Shown: positions 32,346 to 43,221, counted from the first letter of the stretch. The stretch: DNA of 64,000 bases from Planctomycetota bacterium (GCA_046290465.1 JBKAGP010000001.1:3968001-4032000), one strand, 5' to 3'. A program made the numbers and translations. The notes: generated by a model from the letters alone, not told the origin.

Positions 32346-33147
32346 GGTGGATCTCCTTCGGGTTCTTCTACCCGAGGCTCCTTCTACTCCTGACTCGGCG
32401 AAGGCGCGAGCCCCCATTTCGCGAAGCCCGCACTGGAGTCATGCTGTCGCACAGGCGCGCCACGCACTCGCACACGGCCTACGCATTTGGTCGCACCTTG
32501 ACGACCCAGCTGAGCACACCGAATGTGGTGGCTTCACATCATTCTGGGCACACGATATTGCACCCAACTCACGAGGTGGCAAGTTTGACTCCCAACAGGG
32601 TGGCCATCGGCTCAAGTGAACCGTGATCGAAGTCACTTCACAGAACTTCGAAGCGAGGGACACGTCGCCGGTTGCTGCGTCCAAGACGCAACGCGCTTTG
32701 AGCGCATGACGAGCATCCCAGGGATGCGACAACCGCGTCTAGCGGGTTCGCAAATTCGCATCCTCCTCGAACACTGCGATTTCACGTAAAGGGGGCACCT
32801 CGCACGAGCGTTCGCACCTCGAACACCACGACGCGCGTGCGGTGGCACTGCGCAGCGTGAACGGCGCCTTCGGCTCATGTCAAACGCCCCACATACGTAG
32901 GCCCCCCGCGCAACAGCCACCGAGAATCGGTCAGCATCCCGGCAGCACCAGGCCACTCCCTTTTCCGCAAGCATCAAGCTCGGCGGACTCGCTCACGAGA
33001 CCCAGCCATCGCGGCGCACGCTCCACCGAGCGGGTTGACAGCCGCGCCTCCCGCGGCAACATGTAGCACACCCGCACTCTAGGTGCGACTTCATGCTTCG
33101 CCCAACGTGGGTGAAGTGTTTCTGACCCCGTGAAGAAGGAAAGTGCG

Positions 33148-33573
33148 ATGTCCGCAAAGACGTTAGCGTTGTTGCTCCCGTGCCTATTGGCACTCCTGGT
33201 GGCTGCTTCCCCCAGCACCGATGACACCCATGGCAACTCCGTTTGCTGGGAACAAGCCGAAGCGATGGGCTGGGCAGTCGTTCGGTTGGCCCCGCTCGAG
33301 GAAGAGGAGGAGGAAGAGGAAGAAGAGCCCGAGGCGGGCTGCGTTGGCCAGAGCGGCGGGCCCAGCTGGTGCACGCTGTTCACAGACTGCACGGACTGCG
33401 GCGTGCCGAACCGCGTGACGGTGGCAACGGGCTACATCACCGCGTGCTCCGACCCTGACGAGTGCGGCTGGATCGGAAGCCCTGGCACCCAGAGTTGCAC
33501 GTGCAACTCGGGGCAACCGTCATGGAACCAGTGCTTCAGCTGCACGACGCATCCTCCGGGAACAGGCGTCTAA
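33148..33573 (+). CDS. Secreted Cys-rich prepropeptide-like protein with poly-Glu spacer
   Basis: RBS AAGGA, signal peptide, run of 10 Glu, then C-terminal region with 10 Cys. Confidence 0.75.
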   Translation: MSAKTLALLLPCLLALLVAASPSTDDTHGNSVCWEQAEAMGWAVVRLAPLEEEEEEEEEEPEAGCVGQSGGPSWCTLFTDCTDCGVPNRVTVATGYITACSDPDECGWIGSPGTQSCTCNSGQPSWNQCFSCTTHPPGTGV

Positions 33574-33621
33574 AGGCCTCCCCCACTCACCAAACGACGA
33601 CCTCTGCGCCTCACCGTCAAG

Positions 33622-35469
33622 ATGAAGATCCTACTCGTGGTTCTATTGGCCCTCGCAGGCCTTGCCTGGCTCGGCATGAGCTACGCCGGAGCGGGCCTTG
33701 CCCCTCGCGCCGGTGAGGCGCAGACCCCTCAAACCCCAAGCGCGCATGCCAGCGCCTCAAAGCAGGACATCCTGCCACCAAGTCCGCCCGAGCGCTTCAC
33801 GGTGCTTGATGACCAGTCTGAAGCTGCTGAACCCGCGCCCATAAAGCAGCCCGCGACGGTTCGTATTGGCGGCGTCGTTGTCAACGAGCATGGCGCCCCT
33901 ATGACGGCGGTGCGAGTCGAGTTTCGCTCCCCGCTCGAGTCCGTAATTTCGGGCAAGGACCGCGGATTTCGGTCTGCTGTTGTCGACGCAAACGGTCAAT
34001 TTGCCGTAGACCTGCCAACGTCTGCATATGATGAGTCAGCGCACTACGCGATCATGGGCAAGCCCGCCGATGGTGAGCCGATTTGCCATGGCGTCGGCTA
34101 CATCAGCGTAGCCCCCGACATCGTGCTAACTGGGCACTCACGAAGTGGCGAGGGGTGGGAACTCACAGGCTCGGTGCGCCTGCAGAGTTCAGTGCGACAC
34201 AAAGGCATGATGTTGCTGACAACTGCACGCAGCCGGAAAAACCTCGGCATCATGCGGTTTGATGGCAACGAGATCGATGTGCACATTCAAAGCCCTTATT
34301 CGTCTTTGCGCAGTGTCGCCGACCCTGTTGTCCTAATGATATTTGATGCGGAAACGCGATTCTGCCTACACACTCGCGAGTTCGCATCTCTCAATGAGTG
34401 CTCCAGACTGCTGGAGAGTGGCTACGAGGTCCCCATTTTCCGCTACGGGCTCAAGCCATCCGTTGCGGCCGCCGGACCGGACGTTGGCTGGATCAAGATC
34501 CGTGCAGCGGCCACCAAGATGGGCGGCGATCGCGAGGGGAGCGTCCACGACGGCGTCTTTTCTTTTCTATCTAGCGCTCAGACAATATTAGTCTCATCAA
34601 CGGGGCGAGCGGAAGACGGCACGTGGGTCTCGGCGGTCCAACTGCCTTCACACGACGCAACTGTTCCGATCCCCCTGGGCTCGCGCCTGCCAGGCGCATG
34701 CACCCTTGAAGCAAGGGTTCTCTCAGCAGACGGAGCACCCGCTACCGATGCCCGCGTCCGAATGCAGCTTGAAGCGGAACTAGAGGGTGGCACGCAGGTG
34801 ATTCACGAACAACGCGGAACCACTAACGAAGACGGAGCGGTCTCCATGACGGGCCTACCAAGCGGTCGCTACAGGGCCCGCATTAGCGGCCCGGGTCTGC
34901 AGACCCGGAGCTTTCCGTGGCATCTTCCTAGCGGCCCCATGCTAATCGAAGTAGCCAAGTCCGCCTCCGTTGCACTTGACATACGATCCAACGGCCAACC
35001 TTGGGAGGCCAGCGATCTTCGTTTGTACGTGCGCACGACTGGCAAGGAATGGACCCTTCGGCGCTTACCGACAGTTGGCAATGACCTATGTGTCGTTGAC
35101 AACATCCCGGTCGGACCAGTGGACCTGGTCCTGTTTACCGGTGAATACCATGCCCACACAAGCTGCGAGCTAACGGCCGGCCTTATGCACCGCGTCCCCA
35201 TGCAGCTCGGCCGCTCGCGGCGCATTTCGGGACAAGCGCGATCGCCCGATGCGACGCCGGCGACTGGGGTGCGATTGCACGTCTCCCTCGCGGAGGGGGG
35301 TATGGTGTTCCCGCGAATGACGATCGACACAAACGGGGCAGGCTCGTTCGCCGTAACAGTGCCGGGCTCAGGGCTGGCACAGATCGCGCCCGCCAGCCCG
35401 ACAATACGACTCGACGCGCACGCGACTGAGAGCGTTGACCACCTCGAGATTACCGTGAGGCCAAAGTAG
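33622..35469 (+). CDS. Membrane-anchored protein with carboxypeptidase-regulatory-like beta-sandwich repeats
   Basis: IGGVVVNEHGAP..V, RVLSADGAP..ARV..TNEDG..GLPSGRY, ISGQARSPD..G..DTNGAGSF. Confidence 0.75.
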   Translation: MKILLVVLLALAGLAWLGMSYAGAGLAPRAGEAQTPQTPSAHASASKQDILPPSPPERFTVLDDQSEAAEPAPIKQPATVRIGGVVVNEHGAPMTAVRVEFRSPLESVISGKDRGFRSAVVDANGQFAVDLPTSAYDESAHYAIMGKPADGEPICHGVGYISVAPDIVLTGHSRSGEGWELTGSVRLQSSVRHKGMMLLTTARSRKNLGIMRFDGNEIDVHIQSPYSSLRSVADPVVLMIFDAETRFCLHTREFASLNECSRLLESGYEVPIFRYGLKPSVAAAGPDVGWIKIRAAATKMGGDREGSVHDGVFSFLSSAQTILVSSTGRAEDGTWVSAVQLPSHDATVPIPLGSRLPGACTLEARVLSADGAPATDARVRMQLEAELEGGTQVIHEQRGTTNEDGAVSMTGLPSGRYRARISGPGLQTRSFPWHLPSGPMLIEVAKSASVALDIRSNGQPWEASDLRLYVRTTGKEWTLRRLPTVGNDLCVVDNIPVGPVDLVLFTGEYHAHTSCELTAGLMHRVPMQLGRSRRISGQARSPDATPATGVRLHVSLAEGGMVFPRMTIDTNGAGSFAVTVPGSGLAQIAPASPTIRLDAHATESVDHLEITVRPK

Positions 35470-36344
35470 TGAGGCTCATTCACATTTTAGGCGCACCGAG
35501 TCTCGCACTCGCGCTCACTGCTTGCGCTCCTCCTGAGGCACAAGCTCACAACAACACCGATGTGACCCCCGCCATTGGCCATGCTATTGCCCGCCCTGCC
35601 GCCACAGGAATCGCGAGTTTGATCGAAGTGCCCGAGCCCGTAAGCTGGCTCGGTCATTTCGAATCGGGCTCAAAAGTAAGCGCGCGCTGGCAGGTGCGCA
35701 ATACCGCCGCAACCCCTGTTGACATCGCTGCCGTGGACGTTCGCTGCCGTTGCGGGCTTGAGGTCACTGCAGTCAACGCCGATGCACCCGCGCGTCGCGA
35801 CGCAATCGCGCGCATACCCGTGGGCGGCTCTATCGAGCTGGTTGCCACCGGATTCGCGAGCAAGAGCTGGCGCAACAAGAGAATCGAAATTGCAATCACT
35901 GCCGAGAGCGGCAGCGTCCTCGATCACGCCTCCCTCTGCCTCGTGGTCGAGCGCTGCCCTTGGGTCAGACCCGTAGAAGGCGTCATCGCGCTCGAGACCG
36001 ATGGCTGCGGTTTTGGTGGCGTGCTTCATCTAGAAACCGGAGCCCGCGTGCGTTGCAGCATCGCAGCCCTACCGGCCGGCGTAGAGGCGTTTCTTGATCA
36101 GTCGCTCGCGAGCTTCACGCAAACCCATGACGCGCTTCGCGTCATCCTCTGGGAGAGAGAGATGCGGGTTGACCAGGCGCAATTAGACAACTGCGTACTG
36201 AACCTGGAAGACCCCAAGTCAGGACGGGTGTGGCCCGTGCATATCCCGGTGGTGCGGAGCTGTTGGCGGGGCAGCCGCGCCACCCGGCCGGCGGGCATCG
36301 CGCAATCGCAGATGTTGCCGATACCCCTCGAAATGCAGCGGTGA
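35469..36344 (+). CDS. Lipoprotein with DUF1573-like Ig domain
   Basis: Lipobox LTAC; WQVRNTAATPVDIAAVDVRCRCG resembles DUF1573 (N..PL.I..V..SCGC). Confidence 0.65.
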   Translation: MRLIHILGAPSLALALTACAPPEAQAHNNTDVTPAIGHAIARPAATGIASLIEVPEPVSWLGHFESGSKVSARWQVRNTAATPVDIAAVDVRCRCGLEVTAVNADAPARRDAIARIPVGGSIELVATGFASKSWRNKRIEIAITAESGSVLDHASLCLVVERCPWVRPVEGVIALETDGCGFGGVLHLETGARVRCSIAALPAGVEAFLDQSLASFTQTHDALRVILWEREMRVDQAQLDNCVLNLEDPKSGRVWPVHIPVVRSCWRGSRATRPAGIAQSQMLPIPLEMQR

Positions 36345-36604
36345 GCGCAGATGCACGACGGCTAGGCAGCGCGGGACGTGACGGGCGCGCCAAGCCCGCG
36401 CTGTAGGGAGAGTCGGACGACGCGATGCAGGCCAGGCTATTACCGACACCTTGATGCGGCCTCATGGCTTCACATGCCGAGCATGGCCCGACAGGGCCCG
36501 CGCCGAACACCCGGCGGGCAATGGCGACACCGGAGCGTGTTGCCATCCCCACTCACATCGGGCGCGGCATGTGTGAGCATGGTGGCGCTGGATCAATGCG
36601 AGCA

Positions 36605-37442
36605 CCCCGTCGAGCACCGCCTGGATCTGCTCCAGTGTCTTGCGCAGCGCGGCACGCTCCCGATCGGCCTGCTGGACTGCAGCGAGGATGCCGCCAACGC
36701 CCTCCATGGCAGCGGGACGCGGACGCGTTCTTGCGAGAGCCCCCGGGAACCAACGTGATGCTCGGGGCCATTCAACAATGTTATGGCCTTCATACCGGAG
36801 TTCGATCTGTGCAAGTTCCACATGCGCTTGCTGGAAGCCAGAGTCGACGTCCGGCTGGGCAAATACGCGGACATGGTCGCCAAGTCGGCTGATCTCAAAG
36901 CAGCAGCCGTGCTAGGCAGTCTGCGGCCGACGTATCCGTCCGTCCTCGCCCGCCTTCTCAACCGGGCTTTTCCGCGACGAGCTCAAGAGACGATGGACCT
37001 GGTGGCGAAGGCGGTCAGGGCAATGTCCCTGATGGACTGAGTCCTGACGGTGTGCTGTCCGGAAGTTGGCCGACGCCAACTCGGCCGCAATCCTGAGCTG
37101 CGCTTTTGCGCCAATTGCCGACTCACGTCCGCCCCGGTCGGATGAGCAAGCAGATCGGTGGCGGGGGTCGAAGTTGCCAGCCACGTCGTCATCGAGGACC
37201 CCGGCCGGCAGGTGACACGCCGATAGCTTCGAATCAGTTCAACGAGCCGCTCATTAGCACTCGTCCGGGCCGGGCCTTGCGCCTCGCCCTCACGTGTCAC
37301 CCTCCTAGGCGAACGCCCCGTCGAGCACCGCCTGGATCTGCTGCAGCGCCTTGCGCAGCGCGGCACGCTCCTGCTCGCTCTGCTTTACTGCAGCGAGGAT
37401 GCTGTCAACGCCCTCGATGGCTGCGGGCGCGGACGCGTTCTT
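36605..37442 (+). repeat. About 127-bp imperfect direct repeat (36605-36732 and 37316-37442)
   Basis: Both copies encode ILAAVxQ..xERAALRKxLxQIQAVLDG on the minus strand. Confidence 0.88.
36783..37040 (+). CDS. Small hypothetical protein (85 aa)
   Basis: ATG ORF between the two repeat copies. Confidence 0.4.
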   Translation: MAFIPEFDLCKFHMRLLEARVDVRLGKYADMVAKSADLKAAAVLGSLRPTYPSVLARLLNRAFPRRAQETMDLVAKAVRAMSLMD

Positions 37443-37667
37443 ACGATGGCCCCCACCCCCACGCTTCTTCGGCCCTCCGGTCACGCGGGATCGCACGTTG
37501 TAGACGAGCGGCAGGGTGCAGCCGACCTTCTTCGCGATGTCGGTGGGCTTCATGCCGGTCTTGAGGAGGTCACGTATCTGGGCGGACTTGGAGCCGGCGT
37601 TGGACTTGCGGCCTTGCTTCTTGGTCGCCTTCTCTTCGGCCGTCGCCTTGCGCTTTTTGGTTGCCAT
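37305..37667 (-). CDS. Small basic HTH DNA-binding protein with coiled-coil tail
   Basis: SKSAQIRDLLKTGMKPTDIAKKVGCTLPLVYNVRSR. Confidence 0.75.
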   Translation of the reverse strand: MATKKRKATAEEKATKKQGRKSNAGSKSAQIRDLLKTGMKPTDIAKKVGCTLPLVYNVRSRVTGGPKKRGGGGHRKNASAPAAIEGVDSILAAVKQSEQERAALRKALQQIQAVLDGAFA

Positions 37668-37750
37668 GATTGGCGAGCATGCATGCCTGACCGGCCAAGC
37701 GCAATCTGCATTGCTCGCTGTTCTGCCGCATTTGCTTAGGAATGTGACGA

Positions 37751-38275
37751 ATGGCGGCAGACGAGGACTGCCGGATGCGTAGTCTGGACCACGGAGAGAC
37801 CTGCGTGGCGATCACACACCAACGAAGGCCGGATGATCCCGCCCTTACACGATGCGGCCGATTGGTTACGGGCGGAGTTGAGCTAGCTGCTCATGCTCAC
37901 GCGCCAACATGCAGGACGTGCCTACGCTCGGCAACGAGGTCCGATGGTTCCAACGTCCCCGGGATCGGCGTCGCTCCGGGCGCAATGGTGCTGTTCGGCA
38001 GCTATCTGAGCTGCACGAGGCCGGGCACCTTCAGCCTCGATCACGTGGTCGAACACACCCCGGAGGGACAGACGATGCGTGCCGAAAGTGTCGACCGCGA
38101 TTCAGCTCGGGGCCGAATCCTCTGGGGTCAGATGTATCGGCGCCTGCGTGGTGCGGCTGCCCTGGTTGCGCGACGTTGCGGTTTGGATTGCATCGTCAGC
38201 GAGGGCGATGTTCGTGATGCCCGCGGTCTGCCGGTTCGCGATGTGACGAGTGAGTTGGTTCAGCAGCTGCGGTAG
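37751..38275 (+). CDS. Hypothetical protein with possible Zn-binding N-terminus
   Basis: H..C..CRTC pattern; divergent from the HTH gene. Confidence 0.45.
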   Translation: MAADEDCRMRSLDHGETCVAITHQRRPDDPALTRCGRLVTGGVELAAHAHAPTCRTCLRSATRSDGSNVPGIGVAPGAMVLFGSYLSCTRPGTFSLDHVVEHTPEGQTMRAESVDRDSARGRILWGQMYRRLRGAAALVARRCGLDCIVSEGDVRDARGLPVRDVTSELVQQLR

Positions 38276-38417
38276 CTTCGCCACCTGGATCGACGCCCCG
38301 ACCTGCGCCGCCTGCCGCGCACCCAGCTCCGTGGAGCTGCCTCATGTCCTCATGTTCGCGAACGACACCGCGTTCGATGCATGCCTGTCTTAGCCAGCGC
38401 AATCCTGCTGGCACCGG

Positions 38418-38807
38418 TCAGGCATCAAGCGCGGCCTGCAGCATCTGGATCGACTTCCTAAGCGCAGTCTTCAGACGCTCGACCTCTCCGTTGCGATGGC
38501 GTTCGATCTGCGCCGCGATGCTCTTGATCAACGCGTCGGGCTTGATCCCTCGCACGCCGCCGGACTTCTCAGGCTTCTCATCGAGAAGGCGGCGAGCGGC
38601 GTTCGCCGAAGCGGCGGTAACCCGAAGTCCGAACCCGTTCGCACGCTGCTTCATGGCCTCGAGAGTCATGTCGCGGTCAGCTTCGAGGCAGTGGATGCAG
38701 CAAAGCACGCTGTCCTTGATCCCAGGAAAGCGGGGCTCGAGCTCCCGGGAGATGGCGTCCCAGGCCGGAGTTCCGATGGTCTCGTTCTGCGTTTCGTTCG
38801 TGGTCAT
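38418..38807 (-). CDS. Hypothetical protein (129 aa); 5' part duplicated at 43222-43354
   Basis: RBS GAGGA; MTTNETQNETIGTPAWDA. Confidence 0.65.
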   Translation of the reverse strand: MTTNETQNETIGTPAWDAISRELEPRFPGIKDSVLCCIHCLEADRDMTLEAMKQRANGFGLRVTAASANAARRLLDEKPEKSGGVRGIKPDALIKSIAAQIERHRNGEVERLKTALRKSIQMLQAALDA

Positions 38808-39185
38808 GTTGTTCCTCGTGGTCGTGAAGCCGGGAGATCCGGCGTGCTGACATGACCGCTCTGTTCGCCGACGACATCAAGTTGAGTTGCCAAGGATTCG
38901 GCGAGCCTCGCCAGGAATCTCCGACGGATCCCCCATCGACTTCCGGATCCGCCAGGCCAAACGTGACCGCCTCCCCTTGGCCTGGCTGGACGAGGGCCGG
39001 CCGGTCGACAGCGGCGCCAGCGCGGCCGCGGCGCCTGCTCGTGCCGCCAACGCTCGCCGAAGGGCCGACGGCCGGAGTGTGCAACGACCTTGGTCACAGC
39101 CTGAAACTGTTTGGCAAAACGCGGCACGATCGTCAAACGAAGGATGCTGTCACATCGCCCGACATGTGGTGCGGTTGGGCGCAAT
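38675..39185 (+). repeat. About 0.5-kb direct repeat, copy A
   Basis: Near-identical core with 43222-43743. Confidence 0.92.
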
Positions 39186-39571
39186 CGGCACGACGGGGAA
39201 CGGCCGAAACGGGCGATTGGACGCACCTATTGGCCTGCTGCCGTCGGTGCTGGTGCAAGCGCAGGGACTCGCTTGCTGTCTCGTGGCGAGGTTGGCCGAC
39301 TTCCCGGGCACATCCCGCTGCCGCCTATTGAGCGGCCTTGCGCTCTGTAGCGGATCGATGCCACGGGGGCGGGGTAGTCCTCGTCCCCGAAGTGTTACGG
39401 GACACAGCAGCGGCGCGTGGCAGCGGCGGCGTGGTCAACGAGATGCACACGACTCAAGACCGGCGTGCTGCCCGCTGCCGAGGCGATCTGCCTGCCGAAC
39501 CGATTCCGGTAGCAGGCGGGGAATAGACCGAGGTGCGGTGCTTGCTGGGGAGCTAACATCGTGTTATCTTG

Positions 39572-39886
39572 ATGGCAGTGCTCGACAGCCACCAACAGTT
39601 CGCCATCCTAGGATTGCTGCGGTCCGGCGAGGTTCCGGGGCGACAGGTCCGGGAGCACCTGCAGAGGGAGGGGTTCCGATTCTCGCGACCGGCCTTCTAC
39701 GCGCTGATGAAGCGCATGGAGACGGCGGGCTACGTGCGCGGTAGCTACCGCCAAAAGGAAGTCGACGGCGTTGCGCTGCGCGAACGCTGGTACGAGATCA
39801 TCGCGGATGGCGCCGTGGCGTGGGAGGAGACCTGGGCCTTCTACATGCGCCAGGAGAAGCTGCGTCCAGCCAGAGGTGGATCGTGA
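39572..39886 (+). CDS. PadR-like winged-helix regulator
   Basis: FAILGLL..G..V..FYALMKRMETAGYV..RWYEIIADG. Confidence 0.8.
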   Translation: MAVLDSHQQFAILGLLRSGEVPGRQVREHLQREGFRFSRPAFYALMKRMETAGYVRGSYRQKEVDGVALRERWYEIIADGAVAWEETWAFYMRQEKLRPARGGS

Positions 39887-40902
39887 TTCGGCGTGCGCTC
39901 GACTTTGCTGTGGCGCTCGTGGGCCTCGTGCTACTTGCGCCCTGGTTCGTGACCTGTGGGGTCCTCGTCTGGCTGACGAGCGGCCCGATCCTCATTGCCG
40001 AAGTGCGAATCGGGCGGCACGGGCGGCCGTTCCGGGTTTGGAAGTTTCGCACGATGTGGACTGGCGACGAGCGGCGATCCATGCTCTTGCGAGACCGCCA
40101 GGCCGATGGGCCTGCCTTCAAGATGACGAGCGATCCGCGGATCACGCCGGTTGGGCGATTTCTGCGCAAGTTCTGTCTCGACGAGCTGCCTCTCTTGTTC
40201 AGCGTGCTGCGTGGCGACATGACGCTCGTCGGGCCGGCTCCGGTTCCCTTTGCCTGGCGCGATGCCGAATGGCATAGCGACGAAGAACGCGAATGGCTGC
40301 GCGTGCGCGCAACCGCAAAGCCCGGTCTGACCTGTCGCTGGGCGATCTACGGGAGTGGCCGGATGCCGTTCCGGGACTGGGTGCGGATAGACCTCGAGGA
40401 TGCGGCCCGCTCGCTGCCGTGGCGGGACGTGGCCCTGCTTGCCCATGCGTTCGCGCGATTCCTCGTAATGCTTTCTGCCGCGACGGTCGCCGGGGTCACC
40501 CTGATGGTTGCCGTCCCGTTCAAGTTCTTCTGGGGCCTTGTAGTCGTGAGCGCCGGCACCCTCGGCGGCATGCTGCGGTCTCGCAGTGGCGCGGGTGAAG
40601 AACAGGAGGTGCGCGGTGTCCGTGGGGCGCGAACGACCGCGGCTCGATACCGTCGAGTTGCGAGCCTGTTCGCGTTTGTGCTGCCACGGAAGGTGCGCGA
40701 GGACCTGTTCGAGCCCTCGCTCGAGGACCTGCTGCATGACTGGGCCAGCCATCGGCGCACGCATCGCGGCGTGTGGGCGTGGCGCTGGCTGCACGCCGTC
40801 TTCGTGCTGAAACTGGCCTGGCTCACGATCGAGTCGGTGCGCGCTGCGACCTGGAGTCTGGTGGTAGCCTACCTGACGCCCTGGCGGCGCCCGCGCAGCT
40901 GA
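39883..40902 (+). CDS. Bacterial sugar (phosphoglycosyl) transferase domain with C-terminal membrane extension
   Basis: RRALD, RIGRHGRPFRVWKFRTM, DPRITPVGRFLRKFCLDELP, GDMTLVGP, KPGLT; GTGA overlap with PadR. Confidence 0.85.
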   Translation: MIRRALDFAVALVGLVLLAPWFVTCGVLVWLTSGPILIAEVRIGRHGRPFRVWKFRTMWTGDERRSMLLRDRQADGPAFKMTSDPRITPVGRFLRKFCLDELPLLFSVLRGDMTLVGPAPVPFAWRDAEWHSDEEREWLRVRATAKPGLTCRWAIYGSGRMPFRDWVRIDLEDAARSLPWRDVALLAHAFARFLVMLSAATVAGVTLMVAVPFKFFWGLVVVSAGTLGGMLRSRSGAGEEQEVRGVRGARTTAARYRRVASLFAFVLPRKVREDLFEPSLEDLLHDWASHRRTHRGVWAWRWLHAVFVLKLAWLTIESVRAATWSLVVAYLTPWRRPRS

Positions 40903-41509
40903 TCACAAGCGCGACGGCGCAGTCCCCTCGCTGTCCCGGCGATGCGATCCGCGATGCTGCGGCCGGGGACGCATCATGCGCATCTCTGCACACCGCGGGC
41001 TGGCCGTCATGCCCGGAAACTGAGCCGTGCCATCCGAAAAGTCGGCGGATGCGACTAAGCACTGGCATCCTCGTCGTGTCCGAAGAGTCGGCCGACGCGA
41101 TTCGGGCGTGAATCGGTCGCTTGGATGTCGTCGATGAGCAGTTGGTCGCAGCCTGCGTGGGCCGAGTAGACAGACGGGTAGCGCGATTTAGTGTTGTTTG
41201 CCAGCCTGTCGCCGAGAACCTGGGCCGCCAGGCCGCGCGTCGATAGCTGCGAAGTCGTGGTGTCCGTAAACTCGGTCGGCGCTGATTCGGCCAGAATCCC
41301 GTGCTCCGATGGCGCGGATGGCCGATTCGCGCGAGCCTGGTTCGGCCGAGCTTCCAGATCGGTAGCCGGGGGCGAGGTCACCATCCGGGTTGTCCCGGAG
41401 GACCGAGGCCGTCAGGCCGAGTTGCGGTAGCTGCGAAGCGGTCCGCCAAGGCGCTAATCAGCGACGGCCACGGCACTGGCTGGCTGTTCGCACTTCCGTG
41501 GCGTGACCA

Positions 41510-41660
41510 GGTAGTTGCCCGGGCCCTGGTGCGGGCGATCGGCGTTGTAGTGTGCGACGTATTCGCTGAGTGCGCCGCAGGTGGCTCTCGCCGGAAACGA
41601 CCATCCAACTCAGGCACTCCCGCTTGACGCTCAGCACCCAGCGTTCGGCGAATGCGCCTC
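41510..41660 (-). mobile_element. Integrase-core (rve) transposase remnant
   Basis: AFAERWVLSVKRECL..GESHLRR, then EYVAHYNADRPHQG after a frameshift. Confidence 0.7.
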
Positions 41661-41859
41661 ACGAACGACGCTGCGTTGTCGGCAACCATGAGCCGCGGCC
41701 CAGGAGAAAAGCGTCGACCTGGTCCATGAGTTTGCGGTCCGCACGCGCCTTGAAGCTCGCCTTGTGATCGCGATCGGGCAAGACGGCAACTCCGAGCTGG
41801 CGCTCCCGCCTGCGATCGTGGCCCCGAACCTCCTCGCGGGATGGTAAAAACGGTCAGTG

Positions 41860-42290
41860 AGAGCTTGCGGACGCGACGCCGACGGCACGCGACGCGACCA
41901 CCTGGAGGCGGTCGGCGCCGCGCAGCGGCTCATCGTAGACGACCTCGGCGTGCGCAATCTGCCGGCGACAGCCTTCGAGGACCTGCTGCTCGCGGTGATC
42001 ATGCGCCGCTACGAGCGGGGGCAGCACGACCGTCACGTCAAACCGTCCCGTCGAACCTTGGGGCAAGCTGCTCGGCGACACCCCGGCCATTTCTGCGATG
42101 CTCGATCGGCTTCTCCATCACTCGAACGTCCTCAAGTGCGACCCGTGAATCTGGAGAACCAGGACTGACAAGAAGGGCGGCTCTACTCTGTGGTCTGGCC
42201 CCCGCGCCACTAACACCAAACGCTACACCCAACACGTCCACGTCGTCTGACTGGCCAATTTTAAACCGTTCCCCGAGGCCCGTTGACGGC
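41860..42290 (+). mobile_element. Second IS21 remnant: degraded istB plus probable terminus
   Basis: ADGT..LIVDDLG..IMRRYERG, then TSNRPV..WGKLLGD..AMLDRLLHH in a shifted frame. Confidence 0.75.
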
Positions 42291-42458
42291 CGGGACGGGC
42301 AGCAAGTATCGGTGAAGAAGGGGGTTGAGCGTTGGCATGGTATCGGTGTGTGCCTGTTGGCCTGAGGAAATTAATGTTGCTGCGGCTAGGTCGAAATACT
42401 TGCGCGTTGCGTCGCGTCACTTAAGCATCTAAGGTGTAATTCGTCCCATTCAACCAAG

Positions 42459-42950
42459 GTGAATATGTCCAAGGCAGAATCAATGTTGCAGGGAGTTGTG
42501 GGTGGCACTGTTGGCGCGGTGGGAGCCATTGCGATTGCGTGGCTTACCAACGTGTTGGCAGTTGGCCGAGAGGAGTATCAACTAAAGCGCGATGCTGCTG
42601 GAAGCCTCCTGCATGCTGTGTCGAGCGCCAGGTGGGGCACGATGCACAACAGTGACAACAGCAACGAGCTTGTTGGTCGAGTCGAGGCGCTCTTCTTCAA
42701 GGTGCTGGCAAGAGCTGATTCGCAGGATGAACGCACGTCTGCGTGGAGGCTCCGCATCATGCTGAACGCCTGGGAGAAAGGGCGGCCAAACACTAAGGCT
42801 GAGCTGACCGCAAGGTTCGGTCGCGTTGTCGAAGAGGACGAGCAGTGGGTCGACGCATGGCTGGCGGCAACCAAGGATTCCGCAAACCTCGATCAGGTCA
42901 GATTCTCGGAAACGGCGATGATCGGCTTCGTGGAGTCTTGGGACCTTTGA
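42459..42950 (+). CDS. Hypothetical protein with N-terminal TM (163 aa)
   Basis: Preceded by an AT-richer promoter-like stretch. Confidence 0.65.
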   Translation: MNMSKAESMLQGVVGGTVGAVGAIAIAWLTNVLAVGREEYQLKRDAAGSLLHAVSSARWGTMHNSDNSNELVGRVEALFFKVLARADSQDERTSAWRLRIMLNAWEKGRPNTKAELTARFGRVVEEDEQWVDAWLAATKDSANLDQVRFSETAMIGFVESWDL

Positions 42951-43221
42951 CGACTCGGTCGGCGGTATCCTGCCAGCTCCTCTCGATTCCAAGGCGGCCC
43001 GAAGTGGGCTTTGGCGACCAACAGCCCCCGATGGTCGTGAGCCGGGGGCAGCCCAGGCCGCGCATTTCGCTCACTCCGCTGCGCCTACCGCTCGTCGTGC
43101 AGCGAATCGCGAGTGATGGCTTCGAGGCACCCAGAGGCGGCTGGAACTAGCGGCACACCTGGAGGCCGTACGGCTGCCTGACACGACTCTCTACGCGATC
43201 AAAGAACGCCCCACCAGGTTT

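Noticed and set aside
39883..40902. Exopolysaccharide biosynthesis locus
   Set aside because: No glycosyltransferases, flippase or polymerase nearby
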